Source: Thermodesulfovibrionales bacterium
Lineage (GTDB): Bacteria; Nitrospirota; Thermodesulfovibrionia; Thermodesulfovibrionales; SM23-35
DNA: 64,000 nt
Reading direction: 5' to 3'
Assembly: GCA_963715195.1 (NCBI GenBank)
Contig: CAVQRT010000030.1
Span: 260,557-324,556 of the forward strand
Shown here: positions 38,886 through 51,684 of the stretch, one piece after another
Position numbering within the stretch: the first letter of the stretch is position 1
Layout: every line of letters starts with the position of its first letter
The notes under the pieces: model-generated
The model's input: the letters and a program-made list of their open reading frames with translations, nothing else
Database searches by the model: none
Told to the model about the DNA's origin: nothing
Program-made: the position numbers and the translations under genes

Positions 38886-38940
38886 TGTAACAAAAAATTA
38901 ACATGACTGTCACATAGCTGTAACAAAATCGTTGTATCGT
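38886..38940 (+). promoter_or_regulatory. Pho-box promoter of pstS
   Basis: TGTAACAAAAA/ATTAACATGAC/TGTCACATAGC/TGTAACAAAAT, 5 nt, TATCGT. Confidence 0.88.
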
Positions 38941-38963
38941 ACAGAATGAAAAGGAGGAAAGTA

Positions 38964-39776
38964 ATGAAAAAACTGCTAATTATGCTGTTTTCGGTTGTTT
39001 TTGTTTGTTCCATGTTTGGCTTGTCTTATGGCGAGGATCTGAGGATTGACGGATCAACAACGGTTCTTCCTATAGCCCAAAAAGCGGCAGAAGTCTTCAT
39101 GAAGAAGCATGCGGATACAAGAGTTTTTGTATCGGGGAGCGGTTCGGGTACCGGCATCAAGGCTCTTGTAGATGGCACGACTGATATTGCAACAAGTTCC
39201 CGCGAGGCAAAAGAAAAGGAATTTGCTTCTGCAAAAGGAAAAGGTGTTTCCCTGACCGGCCATAAAGTTGCCCTTGACGGAATAGTCCCGGTTGTTCACC
39301 CTTCCATGAAGCTTGATAATGTTAGCATGGAGCAGCTCAGAGATATTTACAACGGCAAAACTAAGAGCTGGAAAGAGCTTGGCGGACCGGACAGGCCGAT
39401 CTCCGTCGTATCGAGGGATACTAGCTCCGGAACATATGAAGTGTGGGAGGAGAAGGTACTCAAAGGCGACAAGGTGAGAGCAGATGCATTGCTTGTCGCA
39501 TCAAACGGTCAGGCCGTCCAGACGGTTGCGCAGAACAGGTTTGCAATCGGCTATATCGGAATCGGGTATGTTGACAAATCTATTAAGGTCTTATCGGTGA
39601 ATGGAAAGACGGCGAGCCCGATCGAGGTTCGCGATAGTTCATGGCCTATTGCACGGCCTCTCTTCATGTACACCAATGGAAAACCCGCCGGTACCATTGC
39701 AAAATTTATCGACTTTGTGCTCTCGGCAGATGGGCAAAAGATCGTGAATGAAGTAAAATACGTAAGCATAAAATAG
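38964..39776 (+). CDS. pstS: Phosphate ABC transporter substrate-binding protein
   Basis: DGSTTV, GSGTGIKAL, SRDTSSGT, IARPLFMY. Confidence 0.95.
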   Translation: MKKLLIMLFSVVFVCSMFGLSYGEDLRIDGSTTVLPIAQKAAEVFMKKHADTRVFVSGSGSGTGIKALVDGTTDIATSSREAKEKEFASAKGKGVSLTGHKVALDGIVPVVHPSMKLDNVSMEQLRDIYNGKTKSWKELGGPDRPISVVSRDTSSGTYEVWEEKVLKGDKVRADALLVASNGQAVQTVAQNRFAIGYIGIGYVDKSIKVLSVNGKTASPIEVRDSSWPIARPLFMYTNGKPAGTIAKFIDFVLSADGQKIVNEVKYVSIK

Positions 39777-39899
39777 TCGTAAAAGGATCAAACAATCCAG
39801 GCGGTCAAGGATTCAGGGCACGAGCAAGTGACTGACAATTTGGATCCTTGACCGTTTTAACTGTTTTTTTAAGGAACCATAAGGAAGTCAATACCTACC

Positions 39900-40886
39900 G
39901 TGAAGTGGCAGACAAAGGAAAAAACCGTTGAATTAGCGGTCAGCTCTATCGGGCTCGTCTCCGTCGTCGTTCTCCTCCTTATTGCTTTTTTCCTCTTTAA
40001 GGAAGCCTTCGCGATCTTTTATAAAGCGGGGGTACTGAAAGTGCTCTTTGGCACGGAGTGGTACCCAACATATGACCCGCCGAGTTTCGGAATGCTCCCC
40101 CTCATCATGGGCACCGTTGCTGTCACGTTTATCACCGCGCTCCTGGCTATTCCCCTTGGAGTTGCGACAGCTGTTTACGTCGCAGAGGTTGCACACCACA
40201 GGGTGAAAGAGTTCCTGAAGCCTTTGATAGAGATCCTTGCCAGCTTTCCTTCGGTGGTTCTCGGCTTTTTCGGTATGGTGATTATCGCCCCTCTTCTCTC
40301 CAACTGGCTTTCCCCCATTCTCGCAGAAAAGCTCCCTGAACTGCTGCGGAGTACCAACATCCCCTTTATCTCAACGACGCTCGCTGATTTCTGCTACAAC
40401 AAACTGTTTATCGCTTCAGGGCTCAACATATCAACAGCAGCTTTGATGCTGACCGTGAGGGCAATACCGGTGATTTCAAGCATCGCCGAGGATGCATTAA
40501 CCGCTGTCCCTCGTACATACCGGGAAGCTTCCTATTCCCTTGGGGCGAACAGGTGGGAAACAATATGGAGGGTCGTAATTCCGGCTTCTGTTTCCGGTTT
40601 AAGCGTTGCTGTTATTCTTGGTATCGGGACGATCATCGGAGAGACCATGATTGTGCTGATGGTAGCCGGAGGAGCTGCTGTCATCCCCTACGGGATCTTT
40701 GATCCTGCAAGGCCGATGCCTTCCGCCATTGCAGCCGAAATGGCAGAGGCCCCCTATCAGAGTCTTCACTATCATGCTCTGTTCGGTGTCGGCGCGATAC
40801 TTTTTCTTATTACCTTTATTCTCAGTCTCCTTTCAGATTTCATCTCAAAGAAATATCGCACCGTCAGGATTGGTGAAAAAATTTGA
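39900..40886 (+). CDS. pstC: Phosphate ABC transporter permease
   Basis: EILASFPSVVLGFFG, EASYSLGA, IGETM. Confidence 0.95.
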   Translation: MKWQTKEKTVELAVSSIGLVSVVVLLLIAFFLFKEAFAIFYKAGVLKVLFGTEWYPTYDPPSFGMLPLIMGTVAVTFITALLAIPLGVATAVYVAEVAHHRVKEFLKPLIEILASFPSVVLGFFGMVIIAPLLSNWLSPILAEKLPELLRSTNIPFISTTLADFCYNKLFIASGLNISTAALMLTVRAIPVISSIAEDALTAVPRTYREASYSLGANRWETIWRVVIPASVSGLSVAVILGIGTIIGETMIVLMVAGGAAVIPYGIFDPARPMPSAIAAEMAEAPYQSLHYHALFGVGAILFLITFILSLLSDFISKKYRTVRIGEKI

Positions 40887-41785
40887 ACGGGAATATTTAT
40901 CAAACCATCAGCTCTCAAGAACTTCTTCAGAAGAGAAAACGCCACCTGCGGGAAAATTTTTTCCTTTCGCTCATTCGCACGCTCGGGTTCACTGGCGCGA
41001 TTTTTCTATTTATCATTTTAGCTTTTGTCATTTATAACGGCGCACATATCCTGAGCTGGGATTTCATTACGAAGCCACCGGTTGAAGCGATGACAAAAGG
41101 CGGTATTTTCCCCGTCATTGTCGGGACAATCCTTTTGACCCTCCTCTGCATGATCGTGGTCATCCCGATTGGAGTTATCACCGCTATTTTTCTCGCAGAA
41201 TATTCCGAGCCTGGGTTGCTCCTCAACATGGTCATGATGTCTATCTATACCCTTGCAGGAGTGCCTTCCGTTGTCTTCGGGCTTTTCGGTCTCGCTGTCT
41301 TTGTCGTGGCCTTCAACTTTGGAATGAGTCTGCTCGCAGGTTCGCTGACGCTTGCCATCATGGTTCTGCCGTACATCATATCAACTTCCGAAGAGGCATT
41401 AAAAGCTGTGCCGTACAGCTTTAAGGAGGCTTCACTGGCATGTGGAGCGACAAAATGGCAGACGATTCGAAAGGTTATTGTACCGACTGCAATGCCCGGA
41501 ATCCTGACAGGCGCAATCCTTGGAACCGCCAAGGTCTCAGGAGAGACGGCGCCCATCATGTTCACCGCTGCTGCGTTTTTTACCCCGGGAGTCCCCAGAT
41601 CTCTCTTCGAGCCTATCATGGCATTGCCCTATCACATCTATGTTCTTGCAACTGCAGGGACGCATATTGAAGAGACGAGACCGATACAATACGGCACAGC
41701 TCTCACGTTAATTATTCTCGTGTTGGGCATGAATCTCTTGGGGATCATTCTCAGGTCAAGGCAGAGAAAAAAAAGGGTATGGTAG
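40883..41785 (+). CDS. pstA: Phosphate ABC transporter permease
   Basis: [26 protein letters not shown]. Confidence 0.95.
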   Translation: MNGNIYQTISSQELLQKRKRHLRENFFLSLIRTLGFTGAIFLFIILAFVIYNGAHILSWDFITKPPVEAMTKGGIFPVIVGTILLTLLCMIVVIPIGVITAIFLAEYSEPGLLLNMVMMSIYTLAGVPSVVFGLFGLAVFVVAFNFGMSLLAGSLTLAIMVLPYIISTSEEALKAVPYSFKEASLACGATKWQTIRKVIVPTAMPGILTGAILGTAKVSGETAPIMFTAAAFFTPGVPRSLFEPIMALPYHIYVLATAGTHIEETRPIQYGTALTLIILVLGMNLLGIILRSRQRKKRVW

Positions 41786-42543
41786 AAGAAAAGAACATAT
41801 TCGAGATTAAAGATTTCAGCATTTTTTACGGAGACTTCATGGCCGTTAAAACAGTGAACCTCAATATTGAAGTACATAAGATTACGGCTATCATCGGGCC
41901 CTCCGGATGCGGAAAATCAACCCTTTTAAGGTCCCTCAACAGGATGAACGATCTGATTGTCATTTCACGGGTTGAAGGGCAGGTGCTGTTCAGCGGGGTA
42001 GATATTTACCTGAAGGGAACCGATGTGATTGAGCTGCGGAAAAAGGTCGGCATGGTCTTTCAGAAGCCGAATCCTTTCCCGAGTTCTGTCTATGAAAACG
42101 TTTCATATGGCCCAAAAATCAGGGGGATAAAAAAGAAAGGCCAGCTTGATGAGATTGTGGAAAATGCGCTGACAAGGGCTGATCTCTGGAAAGAGGTGAA
42201 AGACAAGTTGAATGAATCGGGCATGAGCCTTTCTGGCGGGCAGATGCAGAGGCTCTGCATTGCGCGGTCCCTTGCCCAGGAACCGGAGGTGCTGCTGTTC
42301 GATGAACCGACGTCGGCGCTCGACCCTATTTCGACTGCAAATATAGAGAGCCTGCTTAAGGAGTTACAGAAAACTGTCACTATTGTTATTGTGACCCATA
42401 ATATGCAGCAGGCTGCGCGGATTTCTGATTGCACGGCCTTCATGTATCTGGGAGAACTCATTGAATTTGGAGACACGGACACGATTTTTGTGAATCCGTA
42501 TAATAAACTTACAGAAGAATACATTACAGGGAGATTTGGCTGA
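41779..42543 (+). CDS. pstB: Phosphate ABC transporter ATP-binding protein
   Basis: [34 protein letters not shown]. Confidence 0.97.
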   Translation: MVEEKNIFEIKDFSIFYGDFMAVKTVNLNIEVHKITAIIGPSGCGKSTLLRSLNRMNDLIVISRVEGQVLFSGVDIYLKGTDVIELRKKVGMVFQKPNPFPSSVYENVSYGPKIRGIKKKGQLDEIVENALTRADLWKEVKDKLNESGMSLSGGQMQRLCIARSLAQEPEVLLFDEPTSALDPISTANIESLLKELQKTVTIVIVTHNMQQAARISDCTAFMYLGELIEFGDTDTIFVNPYNKLTEEYITGRFG

Positions 42544-43208
42544 TGGGAATTTTCGACAATGAATTAAAGGCACTGCGGGAAATGGTATTGAAACTCGGTT
42601 GCATGGTTGAAGACGCCATCCGCGATTCTGTAAAAGCCCTTGTTGAGAGAGACAGTGAGCTGGCGCGCGAAGTCGTGAAGAGAGATCATCTGGTGAATGC
42701 GCTCGATGTGGGAATCGATGAAGAATGCGTGCGGCTGATTGCGCTGCGCCAGCCGATGGCGAGGGACCTCAGGCTGATCACGACAGCGATGAAGATCACG
42801 ACAGACCTTGAAAGGATGGGAGATCTTGCAGTCAATATTGCGGAGAGGGCGATTGAACTGAACAGCGAACCGCAGCTGAAGCCTTTCAAAAACATTCCGA
42901 AAATGGCAGACATAACCCAGCAAATGGTGAGGGATTCCCTCGATGCATTTGTCACCGGATGTTCTCGCCTACCCTATGAAGTTATCAAGCGGGATGACGA
43001 GGTCGATGAGCTCACGGTAAGGAACTTTGAAGAACTCCTTGGCCTCATGCTTCAGGACCCGAAAATAATTCCTTTAGCGGTGAAGAGAACCTATATAGCA
43101 AAGTATCTTGAAAGAATCGCCGACCACACCACGAACATTGCGGAGATGATCATCTATATGTGCAAAGGCAAGATGATCAGGCACACCGACATATCGGAAG
43201 AGAAGTAG
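42543..43208 (+). CDS. phoU: Phosphate signalling complex protein PhoU
   Basis: QPMARDLR, DLERMGD, LERIADH. Confidence 0.96.
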   Translation: MGIFDNELKALREMVLKLGCMVEDAIRDSVKALVERDSELAREVVKRDHLVNALDVGIDEECVRLIALRQPMARDLRLITTAMKITTDLERMGDLAVNIAERAIELNSEPQLKPFKNIPKMADITQQMVRDSLDAFVTGCSRLPYEVIKRDDEVDELTVRNFEELLGLMLQDPKIIPLAVKRTYIAKYLERIADHTTNIAEMIIYMCKGKMIRHTDISEEK

Positions 43209-43241
43209 TGCTGTTTCCGTAGAGCGTTTTGTCAGGAACTC

Positions 43242-43808
43242 CTATTCTTTTTTCTTTAATTTCTTCCCGGTACTCCATGCCTTGCCGGCATTATTTCCTA
43301 CTTCCCAATAATTGTTGTCCGGCATCGTCAACGTAAACGGATTTATTTTCTTAATATCAGGGTTCCCGTCGGTAAGATAGCGCTCTTCCGAATACACCTC
43401 CACGATTTCACCGACAAATAAGGTGTTAAATGGCAATCTGATTTCATCATATAGCCTGCATGCCATGCAGACAGGACATTCCTTTATCAAAGGCGCTCCC
43501 CTGACATCACCATAAAAAACTTCGAACACTTCTGATTTATCCGTATTTCTGCCGGAGACCAATCCGCAATAGTCGGTTTTGTCAATCAATGATATTCCGG
43601 GAATATTAACGCTGAAAGCCTTGTTCTCCGCGATTCCCTTATTTGTATAATGCGGCCCCAGTGCAATGCCAATCATCGGTGGCTTGAAATTGACTCTGGA
43701 AATCCATCCCAATGCCATAAAATTCGCCTTCCCATTCACAACAGAACCGACAAGTGCCATCGGCATAGGGTAAACAAAGGCGTTGCTATCAATCTTTATC
43801 TTTTCCAT
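43242..43808 (-). CDS. Flavin reductase / flavoredoxin family protein
   Basis: YPMP, AFSVNIP, DYCGLVSG, APLIKECP. Confidence 0.9.
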   Translation of the reverse strand: MEKIKIDSNAFVYPMPMALVGSVVNGKANFMALGWISRVNFKPPMIGIALGPHYTNKGIAENKAFSVNIPGISLIDKTDYCGLVSGRNTDKSEVFEVFYGDVRGAPLIKECPVCMACRLYDEIRLPFNTLFVGEIVEVYSEERYLTDGNPDIKKINPFTLTMPDNNYWEVGNNAGKAWSTGKKLKKKE

Positions 43809-44088
43809 GGGAACCCCTCTCCTTCATAAGTTTCTACAGACGATAAAGACGTCTCCCCTTTCATGCTTAATACAGCAGTCTATGCAATCGTTTTGATTCT
43901 CTGGCAAATTCTATCAAAATCGCGTCCCGTCTGCAACACGCATAAAAAAGCAAAAAATGTGAAAGAAAAAGCAAGAAATGGAAAGTAAATTCGCCCCGCT
44001 TGATGCAATAGTACAGCCGCCTGGATAAAGCTTCGGGATATTTTGACAATAAACCAAAAACCCAGTTTATTTTCTCTAAGGAGGAACC

Positions 44089-47000
44089 GTGATGAAAAAA
44101 ACCATGCGATGTACGATGATCGTCAGTATTGCCGCTCTCATAATGCTCCTGTTCTGTTTTTCGGCAGAAGCTTATAACCTGCCCGATACCGGTCAAACAC
44201 ACTGTTTCAGCAGCAAGGTGAAAAACAAAGTTGTTGCCTGTCCTACGCCCGGTGACCCGCTTGCGCAGGACGGAAGCTATGCCATCAATCCCCTGTCATT
44301 TACACTCAATGGTGATGGAACCGTCATCGATGACAATACGAAGCTCATCTGGCAGCGGGAAGACGACAGCATCACGAGAACTTGGCTTGAAGCCGATAAT
44401 TACTGCGCAGGCCTGAACCTGGGCGGATACCCGGACTGGCGGCTTCCAACAAAACGGGAATTAGCCGGCATTGTCAATTACGGGCAGAAGTATCCGGCGA
44501 TTGACCCCTCTGCATTTCCAAACACAAAAAGCACATATTATTGGACATCCACGAGGATGACCTGCTCCGACGGTGAACCTTTGTCAGTCGATTTTGCATC
44601 AGGCTACTACAATCTTCTCCTTCAATCAACCCGCGCATATACGAGGTGCGTCCGGAGCAGTTCGCTTCCTTTTGCTCACTTTATAGAAAACGGCAATGGA
44701 ACTGTATCCGACCTGTCTACCGGTTTGATGTGGCAGCAGAATGAAAAAACCCAGATAGGCTGGGCTGATGCGCTCACATACTGTGAAGGCCTCTCGTCCG
44801 GCGGATACTCAGACTGGAGAGTGCCAAATATAAAGGAATATGAATCGCTCACCCACGGGGCAGAAGGTCCGTCGATTATGTCTGATTATCTTAATCTGAA
44901 TATCAACTTTCCCTCATGGTCTTCTACGACCTATCTGCCCATACCCGATTACCTGTACAAGTGGACGATGAACCATAATGGAATGCTTGGTATTTGTTCA
45001 ATCAAAGACAAAAATTGCAGGAAATATGGCGTACGCTGTGTTCGGGGACAGCAGAAAGCTCCTCTCGATGAGCAGGAAATCGGGGTATCTTCCCAGGAGA
45101 TTGCTTTCTGGCATGCAAACGGGCAGGGGGTAACAATGCAGGAAGTTCTCATTTCAAACACTGGTAAAGAAAGTCTCCTAATAGGTTCACTTTCTCCCCC
45201 TTCCCCGCCGTTTCTCTTGACGTCTGATACCTGCTCGGGCACGACCCTGCCGGCTTTTATGTCCTGTTCGGTCACTGTCACCTTTCTTTTTGACGAGACC
45301 GGGGATTTTACCGGTCATATGTCGATTCCATCAAATGATGCGGACCGGCCGGTTGTGGTTATTAACATCAAAGGGGCTGCGATGAGCAACTTTTATCTTC
45401 CCGACACCGGTCAGGCAAGCTGCTACAGCGGGAATGGAACGCCCATCGTATGCCCTCTGCCGGGATCATCCATGGCTCAGGACGGGAGTTACGCAATGAA
45501 TCAGCCCTCCTATATTCAATATACCGATGGGACGGTGAAGGACAGCAACACATCGCTCATGTGGCAGCAGCAGGATGACGGAATAACGCGGACATGGGAC
45601 GAGGCCGCATTGTATTGTGAGACTCTTGAGCTTGGCGGCCATACCGACTGGCGCTTCCCGACTATAAGAGAGTTGAGCAGCATAGCGGATTACGGGCGTC
45701 ATGACCCCGCGATAGATGGGACCGTCTTTCCGTCAACCAAGAATTTCCCCTACTGGTCATCCTCATCGAGTGACACATATAAAGACAATGCCTGGCATAT
45801 GAATTTCTCCGACGGCACGGTCGGAGGAAGCGCAAAGTCATCGCGGTATTATGTGCGGTGCGCGCGGGGCGCTGAATTGCCCCTTGATACCCTGCTCGAT
45901 AATGCCGACGGCACAACAACGGATTTGCTCTCGGGCCTCACGTGGGAGCAGGGAGATGCGACAGCAGCAAACTGGGAAACGGCCCTCGCCCGCTGCGAAG
46001 GCCTTTCGCTCGCGGGATATACGGACTGGAGACTGCCGAATATCAGAGAGCTTACATCGCTTCTGGATATCCGGTACAAACCCGCTATCAACCATGTATT
46101 CTTCCCCCAGGTTGACTGCAGCTACTGGAGTGAATACTGGTCGTCTACCTCATCGTATATCCCGGATGATGCTTATGTGGTAGATTTTTTTAATGGATAT
46201 TCCTCAAGCGTTTTTGAACACAAATTCTACAATAATTATAATGTGCGGTGTGTTCGGGGAGGGCTCGTCAAACTGTTTGCAACCCTAACAGGAACAGCGA
46301 TAGACTCCTCCACCGGCCTGCCGGTGCCCGGTGTTCATGTAACCGTCACAGACTCAACCAATATTTATACAACTACCACTGATCCTCTTGGATCGTATAC
46401 AGTAACGGGCTTAAGCTCCGGGAATTTTTCAGTCACTTTTGAAAAAGAGGCCTACAGTCAACAGATTATAAACGGAACACTGCCTGATGGACAGACGGTG
46501 ACCCTTGACGTTAGCCTGACGCCGGTCCCCCCGCCAATCATCACCATTGCGTCGCCGGCAGACGGTGCAGTGGTGAGCTTATCACCCATAGAGGTTGCCG
46601 GCACTGTCAGCAATAATGCAACAGTGACCGTAAATGGCCTTGAGCCAACGGTACATGAAGGCCTTTTTTCCGTTTCAATACCAGATTGAGATTGGTGAGA
46701 ATACCATCACTGCTCTTGCAATCGATCCCTATGGCCGGACAGCTTCCCACAGCATCACAATAACCCTCGCAACGCAGGGAAGCATCAGCGGTTTGGTCAC
46801 AGACTCGCTCAATCTCTTGCCGATCGAATCTGCAATGGTTTTGGTGACTGATTCTCTCAACGTTGCGCGGTCCACCCTCACCAGCGCAGACGGCCGATTC
46901 ATTCTTGAGGGTGTCGAAGCCGGTCGCTTCGATCTTTCTGTCACAAAAGAAGGCTATAACACCTTCACGTTAACAGAAACACTGGGTGCAGGCGAAAACA

Positions 47001-48794
47001 GAGAGGTCACTGCAATTCTGTCAAAGATATTTTCTGCAACCACTCTGGGAGATTACGGAAATGTAACCGTCATGGAAATTACCGGAAACTACGATGCCAA
47101 AAACCCCGACGGTTCTTTGAACATTGTCCCGCGGCAGGAGATTGCCAGGGAGTTTTTCAGGCTCCACCCCGACGAATATGATTTTATTATCGTCTTTTCG
47201 AATTTCTCCTATGCCATGCCGGATCCTGCGGCCAGAGGCTTCTATCTTGAAGTAAAAAATGATACGCAGGGAATCGGCAAATCTCTTGTCGACAATACTG
47301 CTTCTCTTTGGAAGCAATGGCAGACTGCAGGGCATCATCGATATGGGAAACGTAGTGACCCTGATCACCGATCCCTGCGATCCGAACTTCGAAGATACGA
47401 TTAATACCCTTGTCCATGAACAGATGCACCGATGGGGAGCATACGTGAAGTACAAAGATGCATATGGCAGTATCAAAACAGACCTTCTCGGAAAAAACGC
47501 AAGCCACTGGAGCTTCCTGCTCGATTCCGGTGCTTCACTGCATTACGGAAATGCGTGGCAAAACAACGGCAACGGAACTTTTTCCTCAACAGGTGCCGGA
47601 AAATACTGTAGTCCCCTTGACCTGTATCTCATGGGTTTTTCCGACAAATCAAAGGTACCGCCTATGCTCCTGATCGAAAATCCATCCATTGATCCTTGGG
47701 CTCTGCCCGAACCAGGCATTACCATTTCCGGGACGCCCCGTCACATAACGATAGACGATATTATTTCTGCGGAAGGGGAAAGGGTGCCGAATGCCTTAAC
47801 GTCTCAGAAAGTCTTCAACGCGGCCTTTATTTTTATAACCACGCCCGGTTCATTTACCGGTAATGAATTGCAGGGCATAGAAAACATCCGGAACGCCTGG
47901 GCAGGGAGATTCTCGGCGCTCACCGGCGGACAAGGAACTATAGCAGAGGTTGCACCCAGCATTACTATTACCATCAGTTCCCCGTCGCAGGGGGATATAG
48001 TGTCAGGTGATGTTGCGGTAAAAGGGGCTATTATCAATTCCACAGGTAATGATACGGGGGTGACCGTGAACGGTATCCCTGCAACAATTTATGGAAATCA
48101 GTTTGTCGTAAACCATGTACCGCTCGCTGAAGGGGTAAATACCATAACAGCCTCTGCTTCCGATTCGGGAGGCAAGACGGCATTGGCTTCGGTAACGGTC
48201 ACTTCTATCCCGGAAGTCAATTATATGAGGCTGCAAACTGACATCGAAGCAGGCATAGCACCACTTGAATCCGCGCTCAGCATAGATGCATCATTTAGTT
48301 TTGATGAAGCGGAAATTTCCGTATCAGGACCTTCCCAGCCGGATTTGCTAGACAGCGGTGAGAACGAATACCGGTTTTCGATAGTTGTTGAAGGCATTTA
48401 CACCTTCACCGCACGCGTCACCGCTCCGGATGGCAATGTGTATCAGGACAGCATTGCAATAACAGTTATGAATGCAACACAAATGGATAATCTGCTCAGG
48501 AGGAAATGGCAAGGGATGAAGAATGCACTTGAAATCCAGGACTTTAATACCGCGGCAAACCATTTTACCGAAGAAATCAGGCTGCATTACCATGACATAT
48601 TTACCTCTCTCGATACTCATATGCCGCAGATTGTTGAGGACATGCAGAACATCGAGCGCATGTATATAAGAGGAAATGCCGCAAAATACCGCATCAGAAA
48701 GAATGAATTCTATGGCGGGCAGACAGTCGTCATGGCGCACTATATCTATTTTTTGGTCGACCACGATGGATTGTGGAAAATAGATTGGTATTAA
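44089..48794 (+). CDS. Large secreted multidomain protein (4 DUF1566/Lcl-like units, Ig-like, carboxypeptidase-regulatory-like, HExxH domain), split by +1 frameshifts near 46684 and 47303
   Basis: Signal peptide; two LPDTGQ and four GY.DWR.P units; HEQMH; the three ORFs join by single-base shifts. Confidence 0.8.
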
Positions 48795-48813
48795 TTTAAA
48801 GGAGGAGAGATTT

Positions 48814-49375
48814 ATGAAAAGGGAATTTAGTTTAGCCGTCATAAGCATCCTGATCGTTTTAGGAACCATCACCTGCGCATATGCAATCCGCTACGACGGA
48901 CCATACAGCGGGAGGGTTATAGATGCAGATACCGGGGCACCCCTTGAGGGGGTCGTTGTGCTCGGGGTATGGAACAGCGAGATAACGACACCCGGCGGCG
49001 CGGTCCACGATTTTTATGATGCAAGGGAAACGGTGACTGATAAAAAGGGGGAGTTTGAAATCCCCGGCATGGGATTCAGGATATTGAGCAATGTGACCCC
49101 TATGGATGTGCTGATATTCAAGGCTGGCTATGAGCACATTGGGCTTTACCCCTGGGAATCCCTGAGATCAGATCTTATCCTCAGAAAAAAAATCAAATGG
49201 GAAGGAAAAAAAGCAATCATTCCATTAAAGAACTTGACTATGGAAGAAAGGAAGAAAAAAGGACACCCTGATCTAGCAACCTTCTGATGCATAGAAAGCA
49301 GCAATTACTTAATTCGAAGAAATTAACAAAGAATATAAAGATATTGGATTATCATTATATTCTGAGGTAGAGATA
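48814..49375 (+). CDS. Exported protein with carboxypeptidase-regulatory-like domain (3' end frameshifted after ~49270)
   Basis: GPYSGRVIDADTGAPLEG, TDKKGEFEIP, IFKAGY. Confidence 0.7.
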
Positions 49376-51594
49376 ATGATGATAAAAAAGACTGCAATCA
49401 TTTTCTTTATGTTGATTCAATTATTGAGTTCTGATAGTAAATCATGGAACTTTATGCTTGGAACGATAAAGTCACCCATAAGGATCTTTCTCAGTATCGC
49501 AGCTGAAAATTCTATTATTGACATAAGATAATGGAAATTTCCTTAAAAAATTTGGATTGCAATAATAGTCTTGCGATCAAGAATTTAAATGGAAAAGATA
49601 AATCTCAGCCGTTAAAGATATGGATTCAAGAAGGGGCTTCTCTTGAGGACAAAAGTAGCCCCTTTTTCCCCTTAACCGGCTCAACCCGTTCATTGAATCA
49701 TTTTCATAATCCCCTAAAACCCTGGCATGAGGCCGGTTTGGATGACTGGTTCATCGCTCATTACACCGGTGAATCATCCGTCCTTTGGGCGCAGGACGGA
49801 GAAAAGCAGCAAACCATTGTTGAAGGGGATTGGTCATGGCAAAAGACCAGAGAGTATTTCTATGCGGCTCTTACCTCAATGAATGAAACAGACCGGCAGG
49901 CGCATTTCGCAAAGACCTTCAGGGGTCTGGGCCACCAGATGCACCTTCTCCAGGACAGCGCCGTGCCTGATCATGTCCGGAATGACGCCCACCCTGAGGA
50001 CTCCATCATGAAGAAAAATCTGTCCGGCAGCAGATATTTTGAAGCATGGGCAAAAGATCAAGCTAACTATATCAGTACCCTTGCCTCGGAACCTGTCTTT
50101 ACGGACGTCTCTCTCAGCACCTCGATCAATGGCCTCGCACCGGTAGCCCGGCTTTTTGATGCCGACTTTTATAACGGGTCAAATCCTTCTGCCGCGCTCG
50201 TGCAGGGTCTGGCGGAATATACGAATGCAAACTTTTTCAGCGGCGATACAATTTTTGCCGCTGAGCGATTTGAAACAGAAAACCGTCATTATTTTCCATT
50301 TCCGAACAAATCGAGCACTGATATGCAGAGTTTCATAGCAGGCACTAAGCTCCCCGAGACGATTACAGGTGAGGACGGGAAAGAGGATACGGGCATATGG
50401 ATCAGCAAGATTGCTGACGGTGAGCAGATCGTGCACTTTGTGAGACCAAGTTATTTTACCAATGCCATTTATACAGTGTTTGGCGAAGGAAGCAAATATT
50501 ACAGCACCTTTTACCGTGATGAACGATGTCACGAAGATTATGCCCGGGTTCTCGTCCCCAGAGCCACGGGCTATTCAGCGGGATTGCTGGATTATTTCTT
50601 CCGGGGAACAATAGAGCTGATCCTGCCGGACAGCGGTGCATATTCCTTTTCAGATGATTCGGTGAGAGGTTTTTCAACGATAACCGTTCTTGCGAGAAAC
50701 AGCACACCAAACGCTGATGAAATGAGCGACGGGAGCATCGAGCTTGTTGTGAGATACAGGACTGCTCAGGATGATCCCTTTCAATCCTATCCCGTCCCCA
50801 CAACGAACGATTATTTTTACCGGGTAATACCCGAATCAAACAATATCCGCTTCATACCAAAGGGGCCGTTTACAAAACTCACCTTCGACTCAGCGCCGGA
50901 TACGATCATTCCCCTGAATGCCACCGATGTTTACCTGCAGGTAGTCTATAAAGGAACCCTCGGGAATGAGGATGGAGCCATTGCCATCGGGTTTAAAGAT
51001 ATCAGCGAGCCGACTCCCGTTGATCTTTTCAACAACATGGACAAAATCTGCCTGAACGGCAGCTGGTATGCAGCAGGAAGCCCTGAATCCATAGCAATGA
51101 TTGATACAGACGGTGACGGCAATGCGGATGAATGGGATGTGTTTCCCCATGCAGCACAGGATGTATATCTGAAAATATCTTCTGCCGGCAATCCTCTGTA
51201 TGCTTCACCATCTGACTATACGTTCTTTATTCCCTTTATCAGCCCGGGAGACCTTTACAGGGCATTTATACTGAGCGATTACGGCGATGATGCATTTCAT
51301 TGCAGCAATTATGCTCCTGTGGTCAAAACAGATGAACGGGATGTCTTTTTTCATCCTCCGGTTCCTGAAAGCTATATAAAGTCATGCTCTGCAATAAAGA
51401 ACCAGGTAGACTATCACATTGAGAGCCAGGAGGAGTGCAGCAAGGTTGGGACGAGCGCGCCTTGCGATATCCGGTACTATCCGCTCATGTATTCGTTCCG
51501 TGGCAGAAATCTCTGGGGGCCTGCGGGATTCATTATGGATAATCCAAAGTATCCGGAAGACGCCAATTGTTCATGGGAAGATCTGAGGGAGTGA
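49376..51594 (+). CDS. Secreted protein with putative Zn-dependent phospholipase C / S1-P1-like N-terminal domain; 5' region frameshifted
   Basis: Signal MMIKKTAII.., YAWNDKVTH in a shifted frame, NHFHNP, GHQMHLLQDSAVPDH. Confidence 0.65.
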
Positions 51595-51684
51595 TTTGGA
51601 AAGTTATTTATTTCTCAAATCGGGCGGGTAAAAGGAGGGAGCAAACTTTAAAGTCCATGGGGTAAAATAGATACCGGCAAAGCC

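Noticed and set aside
44089..46689. Diversity-generating retroelement target (DUF1566 domains can be DGR-associated)
   Set aside because: No reverse transcriptase and no near-identical TR/VR pair; the units are diverged at all bases, not only adenines
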